Positions 33,570-49,520 of a stretch of DNA of 64,000 bases are shown here, in pieces. This stretch comes from an uncultured Candidatus Rokubacteria bacterium (GTDB lineage: Bacteria; Methylomirabilota; Methylomirabilia; Rokubacteriales; CSP1-6), in the NCBI GenBank assembly GCA_963758635.1, contig CAVWWD010000005.1, positions 416,001 through 480,000 of the forward strand, read 5' to 3'. A model generated the notes under the pieces. It was not told the origin of the DNA and did not search any database. It worked only from the letters and a program-made list of their open reading frames with translations. The translations under genes and the position numbers were made by a program. Numbering within the stretch: the first letter of the stretch is position 1; each line of letters opens with the position of its first letter.

Positions 33570-33625
33570 CGCGTCTCCGCGGCGTCCGGGCGTTCCCGCG
33601 GGAACGCCCGGGCTATGGCGCTGAC

Positions 33626-33805
33626 TGACCGCACCCCTGGAGTGAGACACGGAAACAACGGAAAGTCGTCCAAGCGGGAGGACGGATGCCGGGACGACGA
33701 TTTGGGATCTATACGTAGGAGTTCAAGCTGGCGGCGGTACGGCGGGTCCTGGCCGGCGAGAAGACTCGGGCGGTGGGCCGGGAACTGCGACTGGGGACGA
33801 ACTGA
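33626..33805 (+). mobile_element. IS3-family remnant (left end plus dead orfA fragment)
   Basis: TGACCGCACCCCTGGAGTGAGACAC end-like sequence, RBS, then MPGRRFGIYT*EFKLAAVRRVLAGEKTRAVGREL. Confidence 0.7.
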
Positions 33806-33861
33806 TCCGAACGTTCAGTGTCGTTCTGCGCGGCCAGGTGCGAATTCGACCGAGGCCGTAA

Positions 33862-35229
33862 TCACCCGCCAGCGCGAGTACCAGAGAGCTCTCCGGGATC
33901 CAGCGGGCGGAGCACGGCGAGCGCGTAGCTCAGGTCGAGGCGGTCGCCGTGCCAGTTGCCGCAGACGGTCCAGGGGTGCAGGCACAGGCCCTGGGCCTCG
34001 TGCCGGGCGCGGAGCTCTCCGAGCGGGTCGTGCGGGACGGGGACCGGCGGCGGCGCCTCGGGGAGCAGCCGCCCGTCCGGGCGGCGGAACCTCAGCCCGC
34101 CGTCGGCCTGCCGCTCGACCTCGTAGCCTTCCTCGTGCACCGCCCGATGGTGGCGGGTACATAGCAGCGTAAGGTTGGACAGCGTCGTGGGGCCGCCGTG
34201 GGCCCAGTGGCGGATGTGGTGGCCCTGGGTGAAGCGCGTTCCGCAGCCCGGGAAGCGGCAGCCGTGGTCGCGGTGCTGGAGGGCGCGGCGCATCGCGGGC
34301 GGAATCGTCCGCGTCCGGGCGCCCACCTCCACCACCCGGCCGTCGGCGTCGTGGCGCATCATCACCCGGGTCGCGTCGCAGGCGATGCGCTGGGACGTTC
34401 CCGCGGGAACGTGCTGGCCGTCCTCCAGGACCGACTGGCCGGGCTGGTCCGCGTCGGCCAGCACCGGGGCGTCCACGTGGACCACCACCTGGTAGCGCTC
34501 GGCCGCGGCGCCGGGCTCGAGGCCGTGGTGCAGGGCCGTCTCGGCGATCAGGGCCAGCGCGTCGGCCTGCTGCTGGCCGAACGTCGGCGCCTCCGCTTGC
34601 GGGTCGTCCACGGGCTGGACGGCCTCGCCGGCTCGCCGCCGCCGGTACAGCGCCTCGCGAGCCGCCTCCAGGGTCTGCATGACCAGCGCGCCCACTTCGG
34701 GTTCCAGCCGGCCGCGGATGATGACCATGCCGTCCTCGGCCTGGTGCATGTAGACGGCCCGGCCCCGATGGCGCGCCGCCGCCTCCTGCGCCTCGACCTT
34801 GCCGTCCACCCGCCGCCAGCCGCGCACGATGCGCTCCACGTGGTGCGCCGTGGCGGCCAGCGCCACGTTCATGAGGCGCTCCTCGGTTTCCGGCGTGGCG
34901 ATGCGCGTGAGGGCGCGGACCTTCGCGTACGACAGCTCGCCACGGGCGAAAGCCTGGGCCAGGTGCGGCAGACCCCCGAGGGCCCGGGCCACCCGCACGC
35001 GCTCCCGCGCGGTCCCCGCGTCGATGCCCGCGCGCCACGCCAGCCACTGGGCGCAGGAGGCGTAGTGTCCCTGCCAGCCGCCGAGGTCGTCGAACTCCCG
35101 GATCAGGTCCAGGAGGCGCGCGGTGGCGGCCTCGAGGTGGGCGGACAGCGTGGCGATCTCGTCACCGAGGCGTCCCAGCTCGGCGACGCGGTCCAGGCGG
35201 GCGATGGTGGCGGGCGAATGATCCAGCAT
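33862..35229 (-). CDS. DUF222-domain HNH endonuclease
   Basis: [50 protein letters not shown]. Confidence 0.9.
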   Translation of the reverse strand: MLDHSPATIARLDRVAELGRLGDEIATLSAHLEAATARLLDLIREFDDLGGWQGHYASCAQWLAWRAGIDAGTARERVRVARALGGLPHLAQAFARGELSYAKVRALTRIATPETEERLMNVALAATAHHVERIVRGWRRVDGKVEAQEAAARHRGRAVYMHQAEDGMVIIRGRLEPEVGALVMQTLEAAREALYRRRRAGEAVQPVDDPQAEAPTFGQQQADALALIAETALHHGLEPGAAAERYQVVVHVDAPVLADADQPGQSVLEDGQHVPAGTSQRIACDATRVMMRHDADGRVVEVGARTRTIPPAMRRALQHRDHGCRFPGCGTRFTQGHHIRHWAHGGPTTLSNLTLLCTRHHRAVHEEGYEVERQADGGLRFRRPDGRLLPEAPPPVPVPHDPLGELRARHEAQGLCLHPWTVCGNWHGDRLDLSYALAVLRPLDPGELSGTRAGG

Positions 35230-35542
35230 GACGAGCCTCCCCGTGGTGTTGGCGCGACTCTACACCCTGGTTTTCGGGCGCCCTGGCCGCGGCCAGGACG
35301 AGCGGAGCGCATCGCGCGAATCATTCGCCGTCACCTGGCTGCGCGGAAGCCGCTCGTGGCGCCGATGCGGCGCGCTGGGAGGGGATCCGCGAGACGCCGC
35401 GAGTGCCTGGGCGAGGCCTCGCGGAAAACCTGTCAAGCGGAGATTGCAGCCGCGCGCCGCTCGTGGACGCGCAGTGCCGGCGCGGCATAGAATGCCCGGC
35501 GACGAACGTGATCCCAGGGCCCGCGAGGCGAACGAACAGCCA

Positions 35543-37126
35543 ATGGCCAGGCGACAGAAGAGCGCGCAAGAAGCGAAGGCCACCGGCGCCACCGTCGGCT
35601 ACGAGGCCCAGCTCTGGCAGATGGCCGACGCGCTGCGCGGCAGCATGGACGCGGCGGAGTACAAGCACGTCGTCCTGGGCCTGATCTTCCTCAAGTACAT
35701 CTCCGACGCGTTCGAGGAGCAGCACGCCCGGCTCGTCGCGGACAAGGCGAAGGGCGCCGATCCCGAAGATCCCGACGAGTACCGCGCCCAGAGCGTGTTC
35801 TGGGTGCCCCCCGAGGCGCGCTGGGCGCACCTCAAGGCGCAGGCGAGGCAGGCCACGATCGGCCAGCTCGTGGACGACGCGATGGCCGGCATCGAGCGGG
35901 ACAACCCGGCGCTCAAGGGCGTGCTGCCCAGGGACTACGCCCGCCCGGCGCTGGACAAGCAGCGGCTCGGCCAGCTCATCGACATGATCAGCAACGTCAA
36001 GGTGGGCGACGAGGCCAGCCGCGCCAAGGACGTGCTGGGCCGCGTCTACGAGTACTTCCTGTCCCAGTTCGCGAGCGCCGAGGGCAAGAAGGGCGGCGAG
36101 TTCTACACGCCCCGCTGCGTGGTCAAGCTCCTGGTCGAGATGCTCGAGCCCTACCGGGGCCGCGTGTACGACCCCTGCTGCGGCTCCTCGGGCATGTTCG
36201 TGCAGTCCGTGGAGTTCATCCGCGCGCACGCCAGCGGGAACGGCAACGGCGGCAAGGCGCGGGCGGACATCTCGATCTACGGGCAGGAGTCGAACTACAC
36301 CACGTGGCGCCTGGCCAAGATGAACCTCGCCATCCGCGGCATCGACGGCCAGATCGCCCACGGCGACACCTTCCACGACGACCGCCACCCCGACCTCCGG
36401 GCCGACTTCATCCTGGCCAATCCCCCGTTCAACGTGTCCGACTGGGGCGGCGAGCGCCTGCGCGACGACAAGCGCTGGCAGTACGGCGCGCCCCCGGCCG
36501 GCAACGCCAACTTCGCCTGGGTGCAGCACATCGTCCACCACCTGGCGCCGGCCGGCGTCGCCGGCTTCGTGCTCGCCAACGGCTCCATGTCGTCCAACCA
36601 GTCGGGCGAGGGCGAGATCCGCAAGGGCCTGGTCGAGACCGGCCTCGTGGACTGCATGGTCGCCCTCCCGGGCCAGCTCTTCTATTCCACGCAGATCCCC
36701 GCGTGCCTCTGGTTCCTCGCCCGCGACCGCAAGAACGGCAAGTTCCGCGATCGCCGCGGCCAGGTGCTCTTCATCGACGCCCGCAAGCTCGGCCGCATGG
36801 TGGACCGCACCCACCGCGAGCTGACCGACGAGGACGTGGCCCGCATCGCCGCCACCTACCACGCCTGGCGCGGCGAGAAGGGCGCCGGCGCGTACGCCGA
36901 CGTGCCCGGCTTCTGCAAGAGCGCGCCGCTGGAGGAGGTGCGCACGCACGGCCACGTGCTCACGCCCGGCCGCTACGTCGGCGCCGAGGCGCAGGAGGAC
37001 GACGGCGAGCCGTTCGCGGAGAAGATGCAGCGCCTCGCCGCGACGCTCCGCGAGCAGCAGGCGGAGGCCGCGAAGCTCGACGCCGCCATCGCCGCGAACC
37101 TGAAGGAGCTCGGGTATGGCGGGTAG
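35543..37126 (+). CDS. hsdM: Type I R-M modification subunit (m6A methyltransferase)
   Basis: [32 protein letters not shown]. Confidence 0.96.
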   Translation: MARRQKSAQEAKATGATVGYEAQLWQMADALRGSMDAAEYKHVVLGLIFLKYISDAFEEQHARLVADKAKGADPEDPDEYRAQSVFWVPPEARWAHLKAQARQATIGQLVDDAMAGIERDNPALKGVLPRDYARPALDKQRLGQLIDMISNVKVGDEASRAKDVLGRVYEYFLSQFASAEGKKGGEFYTPRCVVKLLVEMLEPYRGRVYDPCCGSSGMFVQSVEFIRAHASGNGNGGKARADISIYGQESNYTTWRLAKMNLAIRGIDGQIAHGDTFHDDRHPDLRADFILANPPFNVSDWGGERLRDDKRWQYGAPPAGNANFAWVQHIVHHLAPAGVAGFVLANGSMSSNQSGEGEIRKGLVETGLVDCMVALPGQLFYSTQIPACLWFLARDRKNGKFRDRRGQVLFIDARKLGRMVDRTHRELTDEDVARIAATYHAWRGEKGAGAYADVPGFCKSAPLEEVRTHGHVLTPGRYVGAEAQEDDGEPFAEKMQRLAATLREQQAEAAKLDAAIAANLKELGYGG

Positions 37127-37663
37127 GCGCCGATGCGTTCCGCTCGGGTCGGCGCATCGCCTCGAGCTAGCCATACGGTGCGCGGGCACCGCGTCATGCT
37201 GGACGCTGGACCTGCCGGCGCTCTACGGCGTCTCCACCAGGCGTCTGAACAGAACAGGTGACGCGCAATCGGGCCCGGTTTCCCGGCGACTTCATGTTCA
37301 AGTTGAGCGCGGAGGAGGTCGAAGCTTTGAGGTCGCAGATTTGTGACCTCAAGGCTCGGTCGGGCGGGGCGGTCGCCGCAAGCGCCCAATGTGTTCACGG
37401 AACACGGGGCCGCGATGCTCTCGAGCGTGCTCCGCAGTCGGCGTGCCGTTCTCGTGAACGTCGAGATCATGCGGGCCTTCGTCCGCCTCGGGCAAATGCT
37501 CGCATCGCATGCCGATCTGGCTGGCCAGCTCGCCGCCCTGGAAAGAAAGTACGACGCGCAGTTCAGGGTGGTGTTTCAGGCCATCCGCGAGCTCATGGAA
37601 CCGCCCGCGCCCGCTCGGAAGCGGATCGGGTTCCATGCCGCGCCAGAGGAGCCCAAGTCTTGA
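37116..37663 (+). CDS. ORF6N-domain DNA-binding protein (frameshifted)
   Basis: [49 protein letters not shown]. Confidence 0.8.
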
Positions 37664-37689
37664 AGTCGCAGATTGCGAGATCAAGATCG

Positions 37690-38080
37690 GATCGTCGAGA
37701 CGCGGGCTTGATCCAAACCGTCAGGCTCAACAGCGAGCAGTTCCCTGCCCGCTTCCGAAAGACGAGGTCGAGCCTTGAGATCACATTTGTGACCTCAAGC
37801 CGGGGCGGCCGGCGATACCTTCCCTACGCGATTCACCGACGCGAGCGGCGACGCCATGCTCTCGAGCGTGCTGCGTAGCAAGAGGGCCGTCAGGGTCAAC
37901 ATACGAGATATGCGCGCGTTCGTCCGATCTGCGGCAGATGCTCGCCGAGCCATGCCGTCTCGCCAGGACGCTGTACACTGGGAAGAAGTACGACGCCCAG
38001 TCTCATGGTGCGTCTTCAGACGCCATCCGCGAGCTCAGGTCACCAGCCGGAGCTCGACCACTCGGCGCGCGCGATCGGCT
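37690..38080 (+). pseudogene. Second, degenerate or error-rich ORF6N copy
   Basis: FVTSSRGGRRYLPYA and [16 protein letters not shown] fragments; DNA similarity to 37315-37600. Confidence 0.65.
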
Positions 38081-39597
<1,517 letters not shown>

Positions 39598-39601
<4 letters not shown>

Positions 39602-40455
39602 CAGGATCGCGGCGGCTACTCCGTTCGGATTTTCATACCCTCCGGCGAGCCCGAGGCGCTGCGCATCGTCGAGAAATCCAACTGGACGGGGCAGGGTCTG
39701 GTGTTTCCCCGCTCCCAACTCGCCGAGGTACGCCATCGTCCCGAACTCGTGCGCACCGGCGTCTATATCCTGTGGGGATTCGGCGCGACGGGACAGCTCC
39801 CGCGCGTTTACGTTGGTGAGGGAGACGGCGTGCTGTCCCGCCTCGACCAGCACGCCAAGGCGAAGGACTTCTGGACCCATGCAGTGGTCTTCACCAGCAA
39901 GGACCAGACCCTCAACAAGGCGCACGTTCAACATCTCGAAGCGCGACTGGTCACCCTCGCCAGCGAGGCAAAGCGAGCGGAGCTCGACAATGGGAACGTA
40001 CCGCAGACGCCGACACTCTCCGAGGCCGACATTGCGGACTCGGAGGGATTCCTGGCCGACCTGCTCTTGTGCCTGCCTGTCGTGGGCGTGACCTTCTTTG
40101 AAAAGGCGAAAGTCGGCAGCTCGACCATCCGCGACCTACTCCTGCGAGGCAAAGGCATCGAAGCTCGAGGCGTCGATGGCGCCGAGGGCTCGTCGTGCGT
40201 GCAAGGTCGCAGGCGGTCAAGGACGAGGTGCCTTCGATCCCTGCGTACCTCTCAGAGCTCCGCAGATCCCTGGTCGCTCAGCGAGTCCTCGAGGATTCGG
40301 GCGGAAGCTATCGCGTGACCCAGGACTATATCTTCAACTCTCCCTCGACGGCTGCCGGCGTCCTGCTGGGCCGGTCGGCCAACGGGCGACTCGAATGGCA
40401 GGATGCCGCGGGCCGTACCCTCAAGGACATTCAGGAAGCCGTCACGACGGCATGA
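39598..40455 (+). CDS. GIY-YIG nuclease fused to DUF4357 (RAMA) domain (frameshifted)
   Basis: GVYILWG...VYVGE, RLDQH, LNKAHVQHLE; C-terminal DYIFNSPSTAAGVLLGRSANGRLEW. Confidence 0.8.
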
Positions 40456-40492
40456 ACGCGTTCCCTTCATCCATCGTCGAAACCGCGCCAGC

Positions 40493-40533
40493 TACTCAGG
40501 ACACTGAGTAAAAATACTCAAGTACAGTGAGTA
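40493..40533. promoter_or_regulatory. AT-rich array of four alternating TACTCA/TGAGTA half-sites upstream of hsdR
   Basis: TACTCA 40493, TGAGTA 40505, TACTCA 40515, TGAGTA 40528. Confidence 0.55.
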
Positions 40534-40585
40534 TCCGGTCCCCATCTCGTCAGGAACTGCAGCCGGTCTCGCACTGGGTGGCGCC

Positions 40586-43721
<3,136 letters not shown>

Positions 43722-43750
43722 GCGGAGCCGGTTAGGCGCGCCCCGGTCCG

Positions 43751-46700
43751 ATGCCGGAACCTCAGCCCGACGACCCGAGCGGAGAGCGCCGGCGCAGCGT
43801 CGATGCCGCGCGCGCCGTCTGGATGCGCAGGCTCATCGACTACTCGCGGGCGAATGCTCTCCTGTTCTTCCGCGACCTCAAGGTCGGCACCCTCGGTCTG
43901 AGCCCCGACACCAACGTCGTGGATCGCCTGCTGGCGGGCGAGGCATGCGCCGTCGAGCGTCTGGCGACGGCGGCCGCGCCTTCGGAGGCCTCGGAGGCGG
44001 CCGCCAGCGCCCAGGCAGAAGACGGGGCCCGGCGGAGGGTCCGCAGCACCCTCGTGGCCTTGCAGCGCAAGGCCCTGACCAACCTCGAAGAGCGGGGCAT
44101 CGAGACGCTGCATCTCGCGCTTGGCCTGGCAACCTGGCCGGCCGCCGACGGCGGGCGGCCGTACGCGGCGCCGATCCTCTTGCTGCCCGCCCGCATCGAG
44201 GCGCGGGGCCGGCAGGGCGACGAGCTCAGGCTCACGCTCACGGGCGAGCCGCAGTTGAACCCCGTCCTCGTGCACGCGCTCGAGGAGCTCCATGGCATCC
44301 GCGTCGATGCCGTCGCGGTGCTGGACAAGGGCGCCACCGAGAGCGAATCGGGAGAGTGGCGAATCGACCGGGAAAGCGTGTTCGCGCACCTGGAGGGCGC
44401 CGTCGCTTCGGTGCCTGGATTCACGGTGAGCCGCCGCGCCATCCTCGCCAACTTTCAGTTCGCGAAGATGGCCATGGTCGAGGACTTGAAGCGAAACGGC
44501 GAGACCATCGCGGCGAGCGCGCTCGTGGCCGCCGTGGCCGGGCATGCCGCGTCACGACAGGGCCTGGCGCAGGCGGTGACCGACGTCGAGCCCGCCGAGC
44601 TCGACGAGCAGCCCGTGTCCGACGACTACCTGGTGCTGGACGCCGACTCCACTCAGCACCGCGCCATCGCGCTGATCGGCAAGGGGCAAAACGGCGTGGT
44701 GCAGGGTCCGCCGGGCACCGGCAAGAGCCAGACGATCGCCAACGTGATCGCGCAGAGCGTGGCCGAGGGCCGGCGCGTGCTCTTCGTGGCCGAGAAACGC
44801 GCCGCGCTCGAGGCGGTGATCAAGCGGCTCACCCACGACAACGTGGGGCTCGGCCACCTGGTGCTCGACCTTCACGGCGCCTCCGTGCCCAGGAAGGTGG
44901 TCATGGCGCGGATCGCGGAGGTCCTGGACGAGATACGTCGCGCGATGCCGGTCGACGACGCCGAGGCGGTACACCGAGACTTCGAAGCCCGGCGCCGGCA
45001 GCTCAACGAGCACGCCCGCCGCCTGAACGCGCCTCGCCCGCCCGCGGGCCTCGCCGTCAACCGCATGATGGGCATGCTGCTACGCCTCCCCGCGCCGGCA
45101 CGGTCGACGGTCCGGCTCCGCGGCGACGCGTTGACCGCGCTCACGTCCGAGCGGGCGGAAGGCTTGAAGCGGTCCATCCTCGAGGGCGCCGCCACTCCGG
45201 GGCTGCTGCTCGGCACCGACCCCTCGCCCTGGAACAACGCCCGGATCGAGAATGGTCGCCACGCGCAGGAAGCGCTCGACCTGGCCCAGGCCGCCTCCGA
45301 GCTCTGGCCGTCGTTCGAGCGCGCGCTCGACCAGGTCGCGCGGCAACTCGGAATCCGGCCGCCCCAGAGCCTCGATGACGTGGGGAAGCTCCTCGAAGTG
45401 CTGCGTGACGTCCGCCGGGTCCGGGAGCGGTATGCGCAGGAGATCTTCCTGGCGCGGCCGGCGGAGCTCGCCCGCGCGCTCGCGCCCGCCATCGGGAGTC
45501 GCGCGCACCGCGCCTGGGCATTCGTCAGCAACACGGCGTACCGTGCTTCCCGGACGCGCCTGCTCGCGCTGCGGACCGCGCCGGCGCCAACCGAGGTCCT
45601 GCGCCAGGAGGCTCTGGAGGCCGACGACGTGCTTCGCCGCTGGCATGCGCTCGGCCCGGCCTCGGCGGCCCCGGTGGAAGCGGCCTCGGCGCAGGAGCTC
45701 TCCCCGCTGTTCGACCGCCTGACGGCGGCGACGACGACGCTCGGCGGCGTGACCGAAGCGGGCCCGTTCGCCGGCATGCCTCTCGCGAACGTGGCGCCGC
45801 GGCTGCGTGCGCTCGCCGAGGACCGCCGGACACCGTACCTCCTGCCCGCCATCCACGCCACGCGGGCGCTCCTCGTCGAGGCTGGCCTGCAGCGCTTCCT
45901 CGACGACCTGCGCGACAACGGCGTGGACCCCGCTCACTGGACCGCGCGGTTCGAGCACGTCTGGCTGCACTCGGCGCTCGACGAGGCGCTGGCGTCCGAC
46001 CCCGGCCTCGCCTCGTTCAACGGCCGCACGCACGATCAGGTCGTCGACGCCTTCGTCCGATTGGATCGCGAGCGCGGCCGGCTGAACGCCCAGCGCGTGC
46101 GACGGCTCCACGCCGAGCGGGCCATCGCGGCGATGAACCAGCACTTCGACCAAGCGGATCTCGTCCGGCGAGAGGCGGCGAAGCGATCGCGGCACATCCC
46201 GCTGCGCGCGCTGCTGGCCCGGGCGCCCGACGTTCTCACGCGCATCGCGCCCTGCTGGGTGGCGAGCCCCCTGTCGGTCAGTCAGCTGCTCGATGGCGGA
46301 AGGCGCTACTTCGACCTCGTCATCTTCGACGAGGCGAGCCAGATCCTTCAGGAGGACGCGATCCCCGCGCTCTACCGGGCGGACCAGGTCACCGTGGCCG
46401 GTGACCGCCACCAGCTACCTCCCACGACGTTCTTCGCGACCGTCGTGGAAGGCGAAGACGAGGTTCTCGACGACGGGGACGGGCACGCCGCCGCGGCGGC
46501 GGCCGTGGCGGCCATCGGGGGGTTCGAGAGCTTGCTCGACACGCTGGGGGCCTTCCTCCCGAACTGGCTCCTCGAGTGGCACTACCGCAGCCAGGACGAA
46601 CGGCTCATCACCTTCAGCAACCGGCACGTCTACGATGGCCGCCTCATCACGTTTCCGAGCGCCCGCGCGCACCAGGCGATCCGCCACGTTCTCGTGCCGC

Positions 46701-47890
46701 ACGATCCGGCGCTGGGTGGGCAGGAAGAGAGCGCCTCGCGGGAAGTCGACGCGGTCGTCCGCGAGGTGCTGGCGCATGCCGATGGGCGGCCGGCCGAATC
46801 GCTGGGCGTCATCACCATGGGCATCAAGCACGCGAATCGAGTCCAGGCCGCGCTGGACCGGGCCCTCGACCTCCGGCCCGATCTCGCGGACTTCTTCTCG
46901 CTCGACCGCGAGGAGCGCTTCTTCGTCAAGAACCTCGAGACCGTGCAGGGCGACGAGCGCGACGCCATCATCCTGTCCATCGGCTACGGCAAGGCGGCGA
47001 ACGGGGACCTCCCGCATCGTTTCGGGCCCCTGACCCAGGACGCCGGCTACCGGCGCCTGAACGTCGCCGTCACCCGGGCCAAGCGCCGGATGTGCGTCAT
47101 GAGCTCCTTCTCGCACGACGAGGTCGACGTCGAACGTGCCGGGGGCCGGGGGGTGCGGCTCCTCAAGGCCTATCTCGAGTATGCGCAAGGCGGCGGCCGG
47201 CGCCTTCCCGACGAGCAGCGCGCCGGCGAGGTGCCTCTCAATCCCTTCGAGGCCGACGTTCGCGACGGCCTGGAGGCTCTCGGCATCAGGACACTGCCGC
47301 AGTTCGGCGCATCCCGCTACCGCATCGACCTGGTCGCCATGCACCCGACGAAGCCCGGCCGGCCGGTCCTGGCCATCGAGTGCGACGGCGCGTCGTACCA
47401 CTCGAGCGCCACGGCACGCGACCGCGACCGGCTCCGGCAGGCCCACCTGCACCGCCTCGGCTGGCGCTTCCTGCGTATCTGGTCGACGGATTGGTTCTAC
47501 GCCCGGGAGCAGGAGACCGAGCGCGCCGTTGCCGCCTACCAGGAGGCCACTCGTGCGGCCGACGTGCTCGACGCCGACGCGCCCGAGGCGCCGCCGCCGG
47601 TGACCCCCGCCGATGCCGGCGAGCCGCCGCCGCGTCCCGTCGCGCGAGAGCGTGGGCCGAGGCCGAGCGTTCCGGTGCACGACTCGATCGACCGATACAC
47701 GGACCGCGACCTCCGCCGGATCGCCGAGTGGGTCGTGTCCGACGGGCTGCTCCGCACGGACGAGGAAGTGCTCCGCGAGATCTTCACCGCGCTTCCGTTC
47801 GAACGCCTGGGCAGCCGCATTCGAGAACGACTGGAAGCCGTCATCAGGGGCGGCGTCCACCACGATCAGGGGCATTCCCCTCCGCCGTGA
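43751..47890 (+). CDS. DUF4011-SF1 helicase-Vsr-like nuclease fusion (Hhe-type defence protein)
   Basis: WMRRLIDYSRAN, QGPPGTGKSQT, FDEASQ, GDRHQLPP, HYRS, VQGDERD, RLNVAVTRA, IECDG...ARDRDRLRQ...GW..RIWSTDW. Confidence 0.88.
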   Translation: MPEPQPDDPSGERRRSVDAARAVWMRRLIDYSRANALLFFRDLKVGTLGLSPDTNVVDRLLAGEACAVERLATAAAPSEASEAAASAQAEDGARRRVRSTLVALQRKALTNLEERGIETLHLALGLATWPAADGGRPYAAPILLLPARIEARGRQGDELRLTLTGEPQLNPVLVHALEELHGIRVDAVAVLDKGATESESGEWRIDRESVFAHLEGAVASVPGFTVSRRAILANFQFAKMAMVEDLKRNGETIAASALVAAVAGHAASRQGLAQAVTDVEPAELDEQPVSDDYLVLDADSTQHRAIALIGKGQNGVVQGPPGTGKSQTIANVIAQSVAEGRRVLFVAEKRAALEAVIKRLTHDNVGLGHLVLDLHGASVPRKVVMARIAEVLDEIRRAMPVDDAEAVHRDFEARRRQLNEHARRLNAPRPPAGLAVNRMMGMLLRLPAPARSTVRLRGDALTALTSERAEGLKRSILEGAATPGLLLGTDPSPWNNARIENGRHAQEALDLAQAASELWPSFERALDQVARQLGIRPPQSLDDVGKLLEVLRDVRRVRERYAQEIFLARPAELARALAPAIGSRAHRAWAFVSNTAYRASRTRLLALRTAPAPTEVLRQEALEADDVLRRWHALGPASAAPVEAASAQELSPLFDRLTAATTTLGGVTEAGPFAGMPLANVAPRLRALAEDRRTPYLLPAIHATRALLVEAGLQRFLDDLRDNGVDPAHWTARFEHVWLHSALDEALASDPGLASFNGRTHDQVVDAFVRLDRERGRLNAQRVRRLHAERAIAAMNQHFDQADLVRREAAKRSRHIPLRALLARAPDVLTRIAPCWVASPLSVSQLLDGGRRYFDLVIFDEASQILQEDAIPALYRADQVTVAGDRHQLPPTTFFATVVEGEDEVLDDGDGHAAAAAAVAAIGGFESLLDTLGAFLPNWLLEWHYRSQDERLITFSNRHVYDGRLITFPSARAHQAIRHVLVPHDPALGGQEESASREVDAVVREVLAHADGRPAESLGVITMGIKHANRVQAALDRALDLRPDLADFFSLDREERFFVKNLETVQGDERDAIILSIGYGKAANGDLPHRFGPLTQDAGYRRLNVAVTRAKRRMCVMSSFSHDEVDVERAGGRGVRLLKAYLEYAQGGGRRLPDEQRAGEVPLNPFEADVRDGLEALGIRTLPQFGASRYRIDLVAMHPTKPGRPVLAIECDGASYHSSATARDRDRLRQAHLHRLGWRFLRIWSTDWFYAREQETERAVAAYQEATRAADVLDADAPEAPPPVTPADAGEPPPRPVARERGPRPSVPVHDSIDRYTDRDLRRIAEWVVSDGLLRTDEEVLREIFTALPFERLGSRIRERLEAVIRGGVHHDQGHSPPP

Positions 47891-47921
47891 TGGGGATCCC
47901 CGCAAGCGAGGCGACCGCCGG

Positions 47922-48593
47922 CTACCGGGTGCGCGGTGCGGCGGGCGCCGCCGCAGGGCGGGCGGCCTTCACCATCTCCACGAAGTAGCGGTGCACGGTG
48001 GAATCGTCGGTGAGCTCGGGGTGGAAGGCGGCCACGAGGACCGAGCCCTGGCGCGCCATCACGCACTCGCCGCGGTGCTCGGCGAGCGGGGTGACGGCGG
48101 GGCCCATCCGCCGGATGCGGGGGGCGCGGATGAAGACCGCCTTGATCGGGCGCGGGCCCGCGCCGAGGTCGCCGGTCAGCTCGGTCTCGAACGACTCCTT
48201 CTGCCGGCCGTAGGCGTTCCGCTCCGCGGTGATGTCGATGAAGCCGAGCGACGGCTGCTTCGGGCTCTCCACGTCGCGCGCGAGCAGGATGAGCCCCGCG
48301 CACGTGCCGAAGATGGGACGGCCGGACGCGTGGAACTTCTCCAGCGCGGGCACGAAGTCCCACGCGTCCATGATCTTGAGCAGCGTGGTGCTCTCGCCGC
48401 CGGGCATGATGAGCCCGGCGACGCCCTCGAGCTCGACGGGCTTGCGGACCTCGACGGAGGCCACGCCCACCCGATCGAGGGCCTGCCGGTGCAGGTGGAA
48501 ATCGCCCTGGAGCGCGAGCACGCCGATGGTCACGGGCGCGGCCGCCCCGGAGGGCGCCTCCGCGCCATTGGTCGTGCCGCGCTCCATGGCCAT
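47922..48593 (-). CDS. pdxT: PLP synthase glutaminase subunit
   Basis: GVLALQGDF, PGGESTT, GTCAG, FIRAP, FHPEL. Confidence 0.96.
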   Translation of the reverse strand: MAMERGTTNGAEAPSGAAAPVTIGVLALQGDFHLHRQALDRVGVASVEVRKPVELEGVAGLIMPGGESTTLLKIMDAWDFVPALEKFHASGRPIFGTCAGLILLARDVESPKQPSLGFIDITAERNAYGRQKESFETELTGDLGAGPRPIKAVFIRAPRIRRMGPAVTPLAEHRGECVMARQGSVLVAAFHPELTDDSTVHRYFVEMVKAARPAAAPAAPRTR

Positions 48594-48601
48594 GTCCGCC
48601 C

Positions 48602-49483
48602 CTACCAGCCCCGCGTCTGGAGCAGCTCGGACTCCTTCAGCTTCGAGGTCTCGATGCCGGGCATGGCCTCGCCGAGATCCTCCGACACCTTCACGAGCAC
48701 GTCGGGGTCCTTGTAGTGGGTGGTGGCCTGCACGATGGCGCGCGCGCGCACCGACGGGTCCGACGACTTGAAGATGCCCGAGCCCACGAACACCGCCTCG
48801 GCGCCGAGCTGCATCATGAGCGCGGCGTCGGCCGGCGTGGCGATGCCGCCCGCGGAGAAGTTCGGCACCGGCAGCTTGCCCTCCGCCGCGATCTTCCGCA
48901 GCAGCTCGTAGGGCGCGCCGAGGTTCTTGGCCTCGGCCATGAGCTCCTCGGGGCCGAGGAGGGTCAGGCGGCGGATGCCCGAGATCACCGCGCGCATGTG
49001 CCGCACCGCCTCCACGATGTTGCCGGAGCCCGCCTCGCCCTTGGTGCGGATCATGGCCGCGCCCTCGCCGATCCGGCGGAGCGCCTCGCCCAGGTCACGG
49101 CAGCCGCAGACGAACGGCACCTTGAAGGCGAACTTGTCCACGTGGAAGTGCTCGTCGGCGGGCGTGAGGACCTCCGACTCGTCGATGTAGTCCACGCCCA
49201 GGGCCTCCAGCACCTGCGCCTCCACGAAGTGGCCGATCCGGCACTTCGCCATGACCGGGATGCTGACCGCCTGCTGGATCTCCTTGATCTTCTTCACCGG
49301 CGACATGCGGGCCACGCCGCCGTCCCGGCGGATGTCCGAGGGCACCCGCTCGAGCGCCATCACCGCGGCGGCGCCGGCGTCCTCGGCGATCTTCGCCTGG
49401 TCGGCGTTGGTCACGTCCATGATCACGCCGCCCTTCAGCATCTCGGCCAGCCCCACCTTCAACCTGAGCGTCCCTGTCTCCAT
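48602..49483 (-). CDS. pdxS: PLP synthase lyase subunit
   Basis: [37 protein letters not shown]. Confidence 0.98.
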   Translation of the reverse strand: METGTLRLKVGLAEMLKGGVIMDVTNADQAKIAEDAGAAAVMALERVPSDIRRDGGVARMSPVKKIKEIQQAVSIPVMAKCRIGHFVEAQVLEALGVDYIDESEVLTPADEHFHVDKFAFKVPFVCGCRDLGEALRRIGEGAAMIRTKGEAGSGNIVEAVRHMRAVISGIRRLTLLGPEELMAEAKNLGAPYELLRKIAAEGKLPVPNFSAGGIATPADAALMMQLGAEAVFVGSGIFKSSDPSVRARAIVQATTHYKDPDVLVKVSEDLGEAMPGIETSKLKESELLQTRGW

Positions 49484-49520
49484 GGTTCCTCTCCTCTCTC
49501 GTGTGAGCTGCGCGTGCGTC

